From the IMG/VR virus record IMGVR_UViG_3300033463_000016, positions 61,995 through 125,994 of that record: a stretch of 64,000 bases of DNA; one strand, given 5' to 3'. The notes beneath the pieces were generated by a model. The model was not told the DNA's origin and ran no database searches. It was given only the letters and a program-made list of their open reading frames with translations. How positions within the stretch are numbered: the first letter of the stretch is position 1; the number at the start of each line of letters is the position of its first letter. A program made the position numbers and the translations under genes. Positions 33,760-43,483 of this stretch are shown piece after piece. Source of the stretch: a virus. Lineage: Duplodnaviria; Heunggongvirae; Uroviricota; Caudoviricetes.

Positions 33760-35239
33760 TTAAACTTTGCTCAACAAGCATTTTACCGTCACGGAAAACA
33801 GGAATAAGCAAATTGCACTTTTCGGATTCTTCAACATCACGGTTGATTCCGATCGTATCATTGAAGTGCATATAAGTAATATTCTTCCAAGAATATCCAT
33901 CCCGATACGTCAATTCTCCATTCTCACCATAGAACACCTTGCAACAACCCTTTTGGGATGTTTTGAACCCACCATCTTTAGGGTCTTTGAAGATCGGCGT
34001 CGGTTCTCCATCAATTTCGCAATAGGTCGCCTTAATACAAGAGCTGAATGTATCGCGTGTAAACGGATTAAATACTCCATCTTCCTCGATACATTGGAAC
34101 GAGAATGAGCCAACACCAAGGGCAACGTTTGAACAGGCGAATCCGTTATCTTCCAAGATGCTGTAAATCATAGCACAGCGTTGGATCGTGATAGAATCTC
34201 CGTAAATTGCCTTAACGTGTGGATCAAGAACCTTGTAACCTTTACTATTGATGGTTCCACCAAAGATTTCCCATAACTTGAAAACGGTATTCGTTACAAC
34301 ATCAACACAGTTGCCAGAATCGCCACGCATCAGCATACAGCCATTATGAGCGAGGATTTCAGACTTCAACTGCGGCAGGATATTATTAATTACATTCCAA
34401 TAATCATAGGAATCCAATACAGCGGAGAATGAAGTGTTCGGATAGATTTCCGTCAAGAGTCTACGCAGCAGAGTAATTTCATCACCATCAACTGCAAAAT
34501 TAGAACACATCACAGAATGTTCCGTACTCGGAGAACCGAATCCGACCGGCTCTTTCGTACAATCACAGTTATAATACTTTTCAAGATAAGGAATTGTCGG
34601 AACAGTAGCAGTATTAAGGAACGATAGCAGCCAACCCGCACCCGCCTTTGTTGCGGATTGCAAGCATTCCTCGCCTCGGAAATCAAATGCGCCTAACGCT
34701 CTGGCTCTCGAAATACTATCGTCACAAGTCTTATCATAATATCTGTTTACAATTTGGCGATATGTATACCCAACCGTAGCAGCGATCATCGGATGCCACA
34801 TCTCAGCGGAAATCAATGATTCAAGCGACTGTGGAAGCCAAGCAAAGTCCTTATGTGTATTTGTGATACAAAACATCGGAACGTGCATCGGCACAAGCGT
34901 TCCTTCCGGCAAAGCCCACACTTCAATGGGAAGATAACCGAGTTTGTGTAACTTCTTGATCTTCTCAATGTTGTATGTATTCTCTCCAAGAGTAGCATCC
35001 ATTACTCTCTTGTAATCGCTGATAACTTCTTCAAAAGGCTTGTTAAAAAACTCACGATTGAAATAATCAATCAAATATGTTTTGATAAAGCCCTGTAAGC
35101 CAAACATTACGACCTTATCCCACATTCTGATTCTGCTCATTCTCGGAGTGAAATATGATACCGATTTCGTGATCTTTTCCGGTAGCATTTCAGCGTGAAC
35201 AGCCTTGTAATAATCAATCAGTAACATCGGATTTGTCAT
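33722..35239 (-). CDS. Nicotinamide phosphoribosyltransferase family protein (NadV/Nampt or Namat-like)
   Basis: Extensive collinear similarity to human NAMPT (SYF..R; GLQ; LPIE...PEG; DFRG; EHS; DSYD; RGDSGN; KGYK; GDSIT; VFKDP). Confidence 0.85.
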   Translation of the reverse strand: MTNPMLLIDYYKAVHAEMLPEKITKSVSYFTPRMSRIRMWDKVVMFGLQGFIKTYLIDYFNREFFNKPFEEVISDYKRVMDATLGENTYNIEKIKKLHKLGYLPIEVWALPEGTLVPMHVPMFCITNTHKDFAWLPQSLESLISAEMWHPMIAATVGYTYRQIVNRYYDKTCDDSISRARALGAFDFRGEECLQSATKAGAGWLLSFLNTATVPTIPYLEKYYNCDCTKEPVGFGSPSTEHSVMCSNFAVDGDEITLLRRLLTEIYPNTSFSAVLDSYDYWNVINNILPQLKSEILAHNGCMLMRGDSGNCVDVVTNTVFKLWEIFGGTINSKGYKVLDPHVKAIYGDSITIQRCAMIYSILEDNGFACSNVALGVGSFSFQCIEEDGVFNPFTRDTFSSCIKATYCEIDGEPTPIFKDPKDGGFKTSQKGCCKVFYGENGELTYRDGYSWKNITYMHFNDTIGINRDVEESEKCNLLIPVFRDGKMLVEQSLSDIRNKLHNGEF

Positions 35240-36087
35240 ACGTCAAACACCTCGATCTTATTTGGCATCAACCCAATATCGTGAGCGTATTTCTGATCCC
35301 GCTTTGTGAAGATGCTATTCGTAGTATAGAGCTTTTCAATCAAATCTTCGTGAAGCAGTTCACCACGAAATACCGTGTTTTCACAATGAGTCACATAAAG
35401 ATAGATTTTTCCAGCTCCAAGTTCCTTCAACTTCTTTGCGGAATGATAGAACGTGCCACCTCTACAACAAATATCATCAATAATAAGAACAATTTTATCC
35501 TCAATCTGTGATGTATCGCCTTGAACATAAAGACCCTTGATTTTCCCTGTTTTCCAATCTCGGTCTTTATCACCGTGCATATATGGAAAATTGACCATAC
35601 CCATATAACGTTTCATAGCACCACCATCGGGAAAGAAAATCATAAATGAATCTTCATCTTCGATTTTATTTTCTATGATAGTATTTTCGATTGCTCTTTT
35701 GATTAAATGCGTCGGATCAATAACTTGTACCCTATCAAACAACGCGGAAGCCACATTTGAATGCGGGTCTAAGATAACCACCTTGCGGAATTTCAGAAAA
35801 TTGATAAACTCCGCAAAATATTTGAGAGTGAAAACGTCGTTATCGTCCTTTACCCTATCCATTCGTGCATTCGGCACATAAGGCAGATAAAGAGATACAT
35901 CGTATCCGAGATTCTGATAATGCTTTGTCAAGAATAACAACGCAGCCATTTCACCATCATTCTCGTAATACCACGAAATGGGAATAGCATTGTTTTCCCA
36001 GGATATTTCTGTAACTTCCGGCGTCAAATGCAACGTGCCATCCGGAAAATGATCGAGTTTTACTTCTTCATCAAAAATCTTAATCAT
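35236..36087 (-). CDS. Ribose-phosphate pyrophosphokinase family protein (Prs/Adps-like)
   Basis: PRPP-binding loop KIVLIIDDICCRGGTF; 283 aa; 4-nt overlap with NAMPT-family gene. Confidence 0.8.
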   Translation of the reverse strand: MIKIFDEEVKLDHFPDGTLHLTPEVTEISWENNAIPISWYYENDGEMAALLFLTKHYQNLGYDVSLYLPYVPNARMDRVKDDNDVFTLKYFAEFINFLKFRKVVILDPHSNVASALFDRVQVIDPTHLIKRAIENTIIENKIEDEDSFMIFFPDGGAMKRYMGMVNFPYMHGDKDRDWKTGKIKGLYVQGDTSQIEDKIVLIIDDICCRGGTFYHSAKKLKELGAGKIYLYVTHCENTVFRGELLHEDLIEKLYTTNSIFTKRDQKYAHDIGLMPNKIEVFDV

Positions 36088-36631
36088 TCTTTACCTCGTC
36101 AATCTGACAAGAACCCATAACCATCTTTGCAGCGTTATGAAGTTCGGGAGTCACACCCGCGCAGCAGGAGTAATCACAAGCGATCTGGATTTCAGGTGAA
36201 AACGCCTTAATCACAAGGGCATTACTGATTACACAAATATCAGTACACAGCCCGACGATTTCAACGTAATCAAATTTTTCGTTCTTGATGGTTTCAGCGA
36301 GTTTTACCGATCCGAATGTTTCCTTCATAAAAACACTCTGATCGTAACCGCCATTTGTGGCGTTCAGACGCTCACGAAAAGCTGCCTCAATTTCAGGATT
36401 AAGCTGCCAACCATCAGTATGGACGATGCAGTGCTTTACCGGCAGGTGCTTTCCCTCGTTACTGTCTAGGTAGGAATTGTCAAAATGACTGTCATATGTA
36501 ACACATACATTACCATCAAAAGACCTAATCTTATTGATGACGCTGTTCACAATTGCCTTTGCTTCGGGAGTTCCAAGCGCACCGTCAATGAAATCATTTT
36601 GGCAATCTATAACCACAAGTAGTCTTTTCAT
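36080..36631 (-). CDS. Isochorismatase-family hydrolase (nicotinamidase PncA-like)
   Basis: LLVVIDCQNDF N-terminus, catalytic Cys context GLCTDICV; 183 aa. Confidence 0.7.
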   Translation of the reverse strand: MKRLLVVIDCQNDFIDGALGTPEAKAIVNSVINKIRSFDGNVCVTYDSHFDNSYLDSNEGKHLPVKHCIVHTDGWQLNPEIEAAFRERLNATNGGYDQSVFMKETFGSVKLAETIKNEKFDYVEIVGLCTDICVISNALVIKAFSPEIQIACDYSCCAGVTPELHNAAKMVMGSCQIDEVKND

Positions 36632-36640
36632 ACGTTCTCC

Positions 36641-37048
36641 TTAATTTTCCAGATTTACACCGAGCAGTTCTGCGTATTCATTCAGCAGAGCATTCACGGT
36701 AGGATCATTTTGTGCAGCCGCCTTGTAAAGCTGAATCTTGTTTCTGTTAGCGACAGCCTTATCAAGTTCCTCGGCTAACTCCTTGATTCTGGAGGCGCTA
36801 TTCTGGCGATTGAGGTATCTCGTCATATCAACCTTGCAGACGATCTCGCTTGTGACTGGCGCACCATAGTAATGGATTTTGTCGGTAATCTTCATAACCT
36901 GACCGACGCTCATACCATTGGAATTGGCAAGAAGAACATAGTCCCCCACTTGTACGTCCTTGTCAAACAGAGCGAAATTGTAATGCTTTGTGTTGACTCC
37001 GTTGTAGTGCTGAATCTCTGCGATTCTGTAATTTCCTTGAATAGCCAT
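36641..37048 (-). CDS. Hypothetical protein
   Basis: 135-aa ORF preceded by AAGAAATAAAGCAAAA box and RBS AAGGAG. Confidence 0.4.
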   Translation of the reverse strand: MAIQGNYRIAEIQHYNGVNTKHYNFALFDKDVQVGDYVLLANSNGMSVGQVMKITDKIHYYGAPVTSEIVCKVDMTRYLNRQNSASRIKELAEELDKAVANRNKIQLYKAAAQNDPTVNALLNEYAELLGVNLEN

Positions 37049-37092
37049 TAGAAATTCTCCTTTGTTTTAATTTTCATTTTGCTTTATTTCTT

Positions 37093-37118
37093 GAATAGCC
37101 TGAAATAAGAGCCGCATT
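37093..37118 (-). terminator. Rho-independent terminator
   Basis: Minus strand GCCGCAGAAATGCGGC followed by TCTTATTT, directly after stop of 37133..38140. Confidence 0.6.
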
Positions 37119-37132
37119 TCTGCGGCACTATT

Positions 37133-38140
37133 TCAATTTTGATCTAAATACATTTTCAAATAGTTCTTGACCTCTGCTGGGCTAATACTGTATGGAGCGA
37201 CGCCAAATTCAACGGCATAGGACATCAACTCGGTAATATCATCACTGTTTCTTACCGACAAAATGAGTTCCCTTGCCCTCTCTTTACCGCACTTCTTCAC
37301 AATATAATCATAGCAGCCAAGCCAAAAAATATTTTTATATGTTGTTTTCAAACCATAGCCATTCCTTATATACTCAGACAACAATTTATTCAAAGCAATG
37401 GCGATAACGGATTCCTCCCGATTATCGAAATCATCCTCTAATCTCGGTTCCACTACAAAATGTAGATAGCTGTTTCGCCAGCTTCGCATATAAACTGTTC
37501 GTCTTGCGGTTTGATACTCGGTAGCCTTATGATTTTTCTGCAATAATGAGATGATCCTACTACTTACCTTAACCGTTCGACCAGGCAAAGTAATTATTTC
37601 CGCACGCAGATTAATATCCTGTTCATTAAGATGGATTACTTCACCTAAGCTATTAAAACCACAGTAAAATAGTCCGGTAATGAGTTCAGTATAATCGGCG
37701 CGGTCATTCATACCATTCTTCCTCATATCGGCAAATATATTATCGAAATCCTGCCAAGTGACCGGCTTTGTCGATATTTCAAGAACACGCATAAAACCTT
37801 TCGTACCTTTTAATTCCGGCGATCTCAGCCAAATAATTATCGGCTCAACATTGAATGAGTACCATTCACAGATCGAAATAAGGCACGTTCTCACGTATTT
37901 ATAGTCGGACATAATAATCTGAGCCTTTGCGTCTGGTTTAAGTGACTTTGTAAGCAGCGCCCGAATCAAATAAATAAACTCATCTTGATCCATATCGACC
38001 AACTCTTTGCCGATCGATCTTTCATACTCAAACAGAATAGGAATATCAACGAATTTCTTTACATTCGCAATACGACTCTGAGATAATCCGCTACCCTCAT
38101 AAAATCCATCAATAATTTCTCTCGTGGACATTTTACCCAT
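37133..38140 (-). CDS. Hypothetical protein
   Basis: 335-aa ORF. Confidence 0.4.
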   Translation of the reverse strand: MGKMSTREIIDGFYEGSGLSQSRIANVKKFVDIPILFEYERSIGKELVDMDQDEFIYLIRALLTKSLKPDAKAQIIMSDYKYVRTCLISICEWYSFNVEPIIIWLRSPELKGTKGFMRVLEISTKPVTWQDFDNIFADMRKNGMNDRADYTELITGLFYCGFNSLGEVIHLNEQDINLRAEIITLPGRTVKVSSRIISLLQKNHKATEYQTARRTVYMRSWRNSYLHFVVEPRLEDDFDNREESVIAIALNKLLSEYIRNGYGLKTTYKNIFWLGCYDYIVKKCGKERARELILSVRNSDDITELMSYAVEFGVAPYSISPAEVKNYLKMYLDQN

Positions 38141-38200
38141 AACAACACCTCATTTATAATACGATTATAGCAATAACGATATATTTTGTCAAGAAATAAA

Positions 38201-38572
38201 TCAAGAATGTAATAAGATTGGAAATTGCACGAGGATCGCATTTGTGATGTCAGTCAAAGTATCTTCATCCGTGATGGCTCCGATACATCTATCCAGACGT
38301 TCAATATTGATTGTTTGGATTTGTTCTACCAACATTGTACTCGGAGCATTCAAACCATATGCGTGATGATTCCAAAGCTCAACGTGTACCGGCAACTTCC
38401 GTTTGTGCATTCTCGATGTTATTGGAATGACATTCAACGTAGTGCTATATGTATTATTTTTGTCATTCGAGAGGATAAAAACAGGTCTATATCCACCCTG
38501 CACGCTACCCTCATTTGTGTTCAGGTAGCATAGCCAGATTTCACCGCAACGCGGATGATTAGTGCGCAGCAT
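38201..38572 (-). CDS. MazF/PemK-family endoribonuclease toxin-like protein
   Basis: GEIWLCYLNTNEGSVQGGYRPVFILSNDKNN...VIPITS matches PemK/MazF core. Confidence 0.75.
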   Translation of the reverse strand: MLRTNHPRCGEIWLCYLNTNEGSVQGGYRPVFILSNDKNNTYSTTLNVIPITSRMHKRKLPVHVELWNHHAYGLNAPSTMLVEQIQTINIERLDRCIGAITDEDTLTDITNAILVQFPILLHS

Positions 38573-38954
38573 AATTCCGTACCACCCTTATGAAAGATAT
38601 GTAAAAATCATAGGGTTGGAATGGTGCTACTGCCCTTTATGGTGTTGTTATGTTATGGAATTTAGTAGGGCTTACGTATCACCTCCAGCCCCTTTGGTTT
38701 CTGTAAAAAATCTGTATATCTCATTATACATTTCCAAATCGTTATGATTGTTGATCGAAATATTTTTCCTCTAATTCCGGCGGTGTCCGTGCTTTTCCGA
38801 GTTTCACGGCTTTTCCGTCAATTAGTTTATAGCAATAGTAATAATCTCTGATCTGCTTTGATGTGATATAGAAAGTTTCGCCGTCCGTTCTTGTGTATGT
38901 TACCCATAGGATTTCAGTTCTCGGAATCCCTGGGATTGATTTTAATTTTGCCAT

Positions 38955-39395
38955 TTATTCCCTATGAAATAAGCGATATAAGAATCCGTGCTTTTTCTGA
39001 TCCTCCATTTCAAGAGGTTCAACTTCCGAATCTTTTTTTGTATCGTAAAACTTTTTTCTGCGAATTTTCTCACGCTCTAAATATTCATTATAATCTTCGC
39101 TGCTTTTTGCATCATATTCACTCTTAACTTCATCATAATTGCTTTCAATTATAGTGATGATATCAGTATCAAGCAATTTAATAACAGTTGTTTCTCCGTT
39201 ATTATCTGTTCCTTTAAATGCACCTTTCATATTAACGAAACTATCGTATTCTGTTCCACTAACTATGAAATTTAAGATCAAACATATTTCTCCACGTATA
39301 ATTTTCGCTTTGAATTTGATAATTGTATCACTCCATACATATTTAGGAAAATATAATGAAGGATAATAAACTGAGTCGTAGCCCAACATTTTCAT
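38955..39395 (-). CDS. Hypothetical protein
   Basis: 146-aa ORF. Confidence 0.35.
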   Translation of the reverse strand: MKMLGYDSVYYPSLYFPKYVWSDTIIKFKAKIIRGEICLILNFIVSGTEYDSFVNMKGAFKGTDNNGETTVIKLLDTDIITIIESNYDEVKSEYDAKSSEDYNEYLEREKIRRKKFYDTKKDSEVEPLEMEDQKKHGFLYRLFHRE

Positions 39396-39413
39396 ACACC
39401 TCGTTCATTGCAG

Positions 39414-40040
39414 CTATTCAATCAACGCAGATTTCAAATTGCGGATCGCTTTTTCGATTCGTTCTTTGCGCGTAACTTCTTCGTAAATATCATTATATCT
39501 TTGAGTTTTCGCAAACACATATACCGGATGAACAATACTACACCTTGTTATTACTCCATTAGCTCTAAATATATCAATCAAATTATGTGATTCAAGAGCC
39601 ATTAGAGCATCCATCACTCTGAGTTTATCAATGGTTTCCAATTCGCTCATAATCTCTGCACGTGTCGCAGTGATATGTGTGGATAGGTAATCAAGTATTA
39701 ATTTCGCAAATGGAATCTTGAAAACACACCGTAAATCAGATTCAAGATGTTTTCTTTTCATCATTGCAAAACTAATACTCTGTGCGAGGTCATATATTCC
39801 TCGGCGATAGCCTTGAATATAAGAGCCGTTTCGTTCGTGTATCTCTCCTTCATTGACTTTGAAAAGATTATCTTTTCCGATAACGTCCACTTTATCTTGT
39901 CGAATAATGGGCTTCGATTTATTAATGATGGTATTAACTAAATCAAGATTGTTTTCTATAATAGCATCCACCAGATCGGAAATAAAAATATGTTCACTTC
40001 CAAGCTCAAACAAAGCACGATCATTTTCACTCATTTTCAT
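39414..40040 (-). CDS. Hypothetical protein with winged-helix-like segment
   Basis: HITATRAEIMSELETIDKLRVMDALMALESHNLI resembles MarR-type recognition helix-wing. Confidence 0.35.
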   Translation of the reverse strand: MKMSENDRALFELGSEHIFISDLVDAIIENNLDLVNTIINKSKPIIRQDKVDVIGKDNLFKVNEGEIHERNGSYIQGYRRGIYDLAQSISFAMMKRKHLESDLRCVFKIPFAKLILDYLSTHITATRAEIMSELETIDKLRVMDALMALESHNLIDIFRANGVITRCSIVHPVYVFAKTQRYNDIYEEVTRKERIEKAIRNLKSALIE

Positions 40041-40213
40041 ATACCTCTCTATTGTATTCCCTGCTCCTGATAAATTCGATCACGGTGTATTTTTCCGTTA
40101 TACCTATCACAAATCTGTCAAAATTGATTCTTGACACTATGCCATCAAGTGAATCCATTATGTGCTTTTCAAACAATCTTGATGGAAATGTGATCTTGAT
40201 CGTTTCTGTATAT

Positions 40214-40588
40214 CTAACGTACAAAGGTGTCATTTGTTAGGATACTTCTGTCCATAGAGAACTTTACGCAGGGCTTATTATCTTCTACATCGTAATCCAC
40301 CCGAATAGCATACGGACAATTATCACATCCATCTTCAAGTCCGCTACCCCCGGATTTAATATAGCCGATTTCCTTTGATTTCTCATCATTTAAAATCGGG
40401 CAGATAAATTCTAATGTATCAGCTCCCATCATTCTCGCTCCGCAAGTATGAAAATGATTGAAGTGATCGAATTTGATTTGACCGATGCCCCAAGGTCGTT
40501 GGCAATAGGTAGGGTATCTGTAAAAATCCGTTGCTGCCCTGATACACATCCGGATTCTATGAAAGAATCCGCTGATTTTGTATTTCAC
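40214..40588 (-). CDS. Hypothetical Cys-rich protein
   Basis: 124-aa ORF. Confidence 0.3.
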   Translation of the reverse strand: MKYKISGFFHRIRMCIRAATDFYRYPTYCQRPWGIGQIKFDHFNHFHTCGARMMGADTLEFICPILNDEKSKEIGYIKSGGSGLEDGCDNCPYAIRVDYDVEDNKPCVKFSMDRSILTNDTFVR

Positions 40589-40591
40589 GTA

Positions 40592-41566
40592 TTATTTGCT
40601 CACTCCTTCGACAAGGCTGAGAATTTCATTCATTGCATCCAAATGGATAGCAGGATCGGTGATCCCCGCATTTTCCGCTCCCATCTGATAAGCCATAGAC
40701 AGAATATCTCTTAAATCTCCGATGTCCAGAGTAACCATAGGGTTGCCAGATTCGGATACGAACAGTTTTCCGTCCCTGATGTGAGTTGCATAGAAATCTC
40801 CAAAATCAGCGAAGTAACTGTTTACCTTGTCTTTTGTTAATCCAATATATCTCTTAGTCGTTTTTGTATCACTGTGATTATAGATAGTCTGCAAAAGCTC
40901 CATACTATCATAATCGTTTGGATGAAGGATACGGCTAATCTTACCAAATGTTTTTCTGGTGCTGTGTGTACCGATGTTGTATTCGATGCCAACACTAACG
41001 GCAGCACGCTTTAGAGCTTTTCTCCAACCGTCAGCAGAAATTACGTTACCCTTACCGGTTCCGCTCAACTGCAAAAATACGGGATTCTGATAGGCGTTAT
41101 CAGCCGGATTACAATTCGTCTTTTCCAAATAAAGAGTTATGGCGTCACGGCAAGCCGAGTTGATAAGAGGATTCGCAAGTTTGTCTGTCTTTTCCTCGAC
41201 GATTTCAAGCAGTTCATTCCGAAATGATCCGGTTGCCGGATTGAAAAAGTGTTCCCATCTCAGGCTCAAAGTATCGCCGATACGCCTTGCCATATTCAGA
41301 GAAATGACGAAAAGCAGATAGTGAAGCCACGCCTCATTCGCTGTGAAGTAGTCGATCATCTTCTTCAAATCTTCCACTTCAAACGGATAAACCTCTGATT
41401 TCTTGCCCTTTTTCTTATTCTGGACAATCCTCTTTGGTTTGCCGGACTTTGTGAGTTTCGGCGTATTCTCGTTTTTCGGTTCGACCGGCATTTCCGCGTA
41501 GAAAGTTTGACCTGGAAATAGCGGTGAAGTCACAATAACGGTATTGGTTTCCATTGTCTGTTTCAT
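40592..41566 (-). CDS. Tyrosine recombinase / phage integrase family protein
   Basis: ARRIGDTLSLRWEHF (Arg box), HSTRKTFGK (HxxR), TKRYIGLT (catalytic Tyr region). Confidence 0.65.
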   Translation of the reverse strand: MKQTMETNTVIVTSPLFPGQTFYAEMPVEPKNENTPKLTKSGKPKRIVQNKKKGKKSEVYPFEVEDLKKMIDYFTANEAWLHYLLFVISLNMARRIGDTLSLRWEHFFNPATGSFRNELLEIVEEKTDKLANPLINSACRDAITLYLEKTNCNPADNAYQNPVFLQLSGTGKGNVISADGWRKALKRAAVSVGIEYNIGTHSTRKTFGKISRILHPNDYDSMELLQTIYNHSDTKTTKRYIGLTKDKVNSYFADFGDFYATHIRDGKLFVSESGNPMVTLDIGDLRDILSMAYQMGAENAGITDPAIHLDAMNEILSLVEGVSK

Positions 41567-41596
41567 TGTTGGCTCCTCCTATATCTCTTTAGTCTT

Positions 41597-41648
41597 ATTA
41601 TATCACAAGTTTTCGAGAAAATCAACACTTTTCTTTATTTCTTGAATA
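41597..41648 (-). promoter_or_regulatory. Sigma70-type promoter (TTGATT-17-TGn-TATAAT) plus AAGAAATAAAGAAAAG box
   Basis: -35 at 41620-41625, extended -10 TGTGATATAAT at 41597-41607. Confidence 0.6.
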
Positions 41649-41781
41649 TATTTTTATGATTCCCAAAGTAATAGGATCACGAGCAGCAACCACATCCATT
41701 TGCCATCCTTAAAATAGATTGATAACACAGTTGCAGCAGCAATTACGACGCCTACCATAATAGTGTTATAAATCATTGGTT

Positions 41782-42144
41782 TCATTCCACTTCCTCAAAA
41801 TCAATTATGTTCTGATATGCACTTACCAAAGGCAATCTATAACCAACCACTGTAAAATCATAAGATTTTCCAACCTTGATCCTGTTATAGAACGAGGATG
41901 AATTGAATTTTCCTCGCAGCGCCTCGTCTGAACACTTAAACTCATAGTATTCTCCGGTTTGCTCGTTCTCACAGAAAATAAGATAGTAACCCCCATCCTC
42001 TGTGGTTATTCTGGTCTTGTCCGTTACCGTTGCGGTATAGTGCGTGTCATTAAACGAAAACGATACCGATGCAATAATTCCGATTATGACCAAAATAATG
42101 ATTATGACAAAAAATCCGCCTTTTAACATATTACTTTTCTTCAT
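41782..42144 (-). CDS. Membrane-anchored hypothetical protein
   Basis: N-terminal TM GGFFVIIIILVIIGIIASV. Confidence 0.35.
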   Translation of the reverse strand: MKKSNMLKGGFFVIIIILVIIGIIASVSFSFNDTHYTATVTDKTRITTEDGGYYLIFCENEQTGEYYEFKCSDEALRGKFNSSSFYNRIKVGKSYDFTVVGYRLPLVSAYQNIIDFEEVE

Positions 42145-42556
42145 TTGAATTTCTCCATATATTTTTTAGTTGTATAATTACGTCCTTGATTTCATCAAAG
42201 ATTTCCTCCGTAGTCCAGACCTTTCCAGCACGGCAAAGTGCAAGAGCTGGAAGGAAATCTCCATAATGAGCATAATCCCATCCGATCACGAACTGATTTC
42301 CGAAAACTTCCACTAAATGCGGGACGTTCTTCCGCGAAATCTCGCCCCTTAGATTCTCCATAAGCGTGATCCCGCCGTGACAGTTGATAAGAGAATAGAT
42401 TAGTGTGCGGTTTCCACGTAGAGGATGTCCATCCGGTATTCCGACGTATGCCGAAGGATTCAAGCCATAATTGAAGATTGCGAATTTATAGCCTTCATAT
42501 TCTCCACTTTCAACGAGCTGATTCATATGAAAAACAGTATAAACAATCTCATTCAT
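42131..42556 (-). CDS. Hypothetical protein
   Basis: 141-aa ORF. Confidence 0.35.
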   Translation of the reverse strand: MNEIVYTVFHMNQLVESGEYEGYKFAIFNYGLNPSAYVGIPDGHPLRGNRTLIYSLINCHGGITLMENLRGEISRKNVPHLVEVFGNQFVIGWDYAHYGDFLPALALCRAGKVWTTEEIFDEIKDVIIQLKNIWRNSNEEK

Positions 42557-42899
42557 ATTTCACCTCATTGAATAAGTAAGGGACGCCACCTTGAAATGGA
42601 TATATCGTGAACGATGTATCGCTCCATACCCTCATAGCGTGCTTGCTCGGCTCGTCCCGCTTAATCCGAACGCTATTTTTTCCGTCAAACATAGCGGAAA
42701 TGTGCGGCGTCTGATCTCCATAATTCTGTATGATGTCGATCAAACTGAACAGATATGACTTTTCCGTGACTTTTACATCAAGAATAACCTGATATTTCAA
42801 GACAGAATTTCCGTCGAATGTCTTATATATTTCGCCGTTTCTATCCTCAAAATATTCAACTGCTTCATATCTGCCGGATTGTAATTCGTATTTATTCAT
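42549..42899 (-). CDS. Hypothetical protein
   Basis: 116-aa ORF. Confidence 0.35.
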   Translation of the reverse strand: MNKYELQSGRYEAVEYFEDRNGEIYKTFDGNSVLKYQVILDVKVTEKSYLFSLIDIIQNYGDQTPHISAMFDGKNSVRIKRDEPSKHAMRVWSDTSFTIYPFQGGVPYLFNEVKYE

Positions 42900-42900
42900 A

Positions 42901-43281
42901 TCAATATATCACTCTATAATAGAAATCGTGGCATTCTCTTTCATATTTGCCATTATCTCCGAGAATATCATCCAATGTGAACATATAGTCATTGTTGCTG
43001 TGCCTCGCCTTATATAACCAAGACTCAAAAAACATAAGCTCGTCCATAAAGCCCTTGTTTTGGAAAAGCCCACATACTTTGTGTAGCGTGTCGCTACAGG
43101 TATCATCGAGGTAAGGCGGGAATATGTCGATAAAATATCTTAGTTCATCGCAGAATGCGTCAAATGACCGACGATTCTTTCTATCGCATCTTTTCTCTAT
43201 CTCGTACATAAGAGGAAGCACCAGTGCAAACTTTTCCGCATACACATTTTCCGCATACATACTATTCCCACCTCTATACAT
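42901..43281 (-). CDS. Hypothetical protein
   Basis: 126-aa ORF. Confidence 0.35.
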   Translation of the reverse strand: MYRGGNSMYAENVYAEKFALVLPLMYEIEKRCDRKNRRSFDAFCDELRYFIDIFPPYLDDTCSDTLHKVCGLFQNKGFMDELMFFESWLYKARHSNNDYMFTLDDILGDNGKYERECHDFYYRVIY

Positions 43282-43483
43282 TTGCTTTCATTTTTTCTCC
43301 TATGTTGTGAATAGATAATTCTGAATTATTTGTAACGCTCCGTTTATTTCTTCCGGCTCATACATTAGAACAACATCTTTATGTGCTATTCCGTTTTTGA
43401 CATAACCATCAGGATATTTATAAACCATATTCCCGATAATATAGATAGCATTCAGTAACTTATTAAATTCAGTTTCCGGCATA

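Noticed and set aside
33722-35239. Nicotinate phosphoribosyltransferase (PncB) assignment for the 505-aa PRTase
   Set aside because: Block-by-block similarity is to NAMPT (SYF..R, LPIE..PEG, RGDSGN, KGYK..GD, VFKDP), not to PncB, despite the neighbouring PncA-like and NadE genes.
38573-38741. MazE/PemI-type antitoxin ORF upstream of the MazF-like gene
   Set aside because: Minus-strand translations of the gap give only peptides of 20 aa or less without AbrB/RHH-like character.
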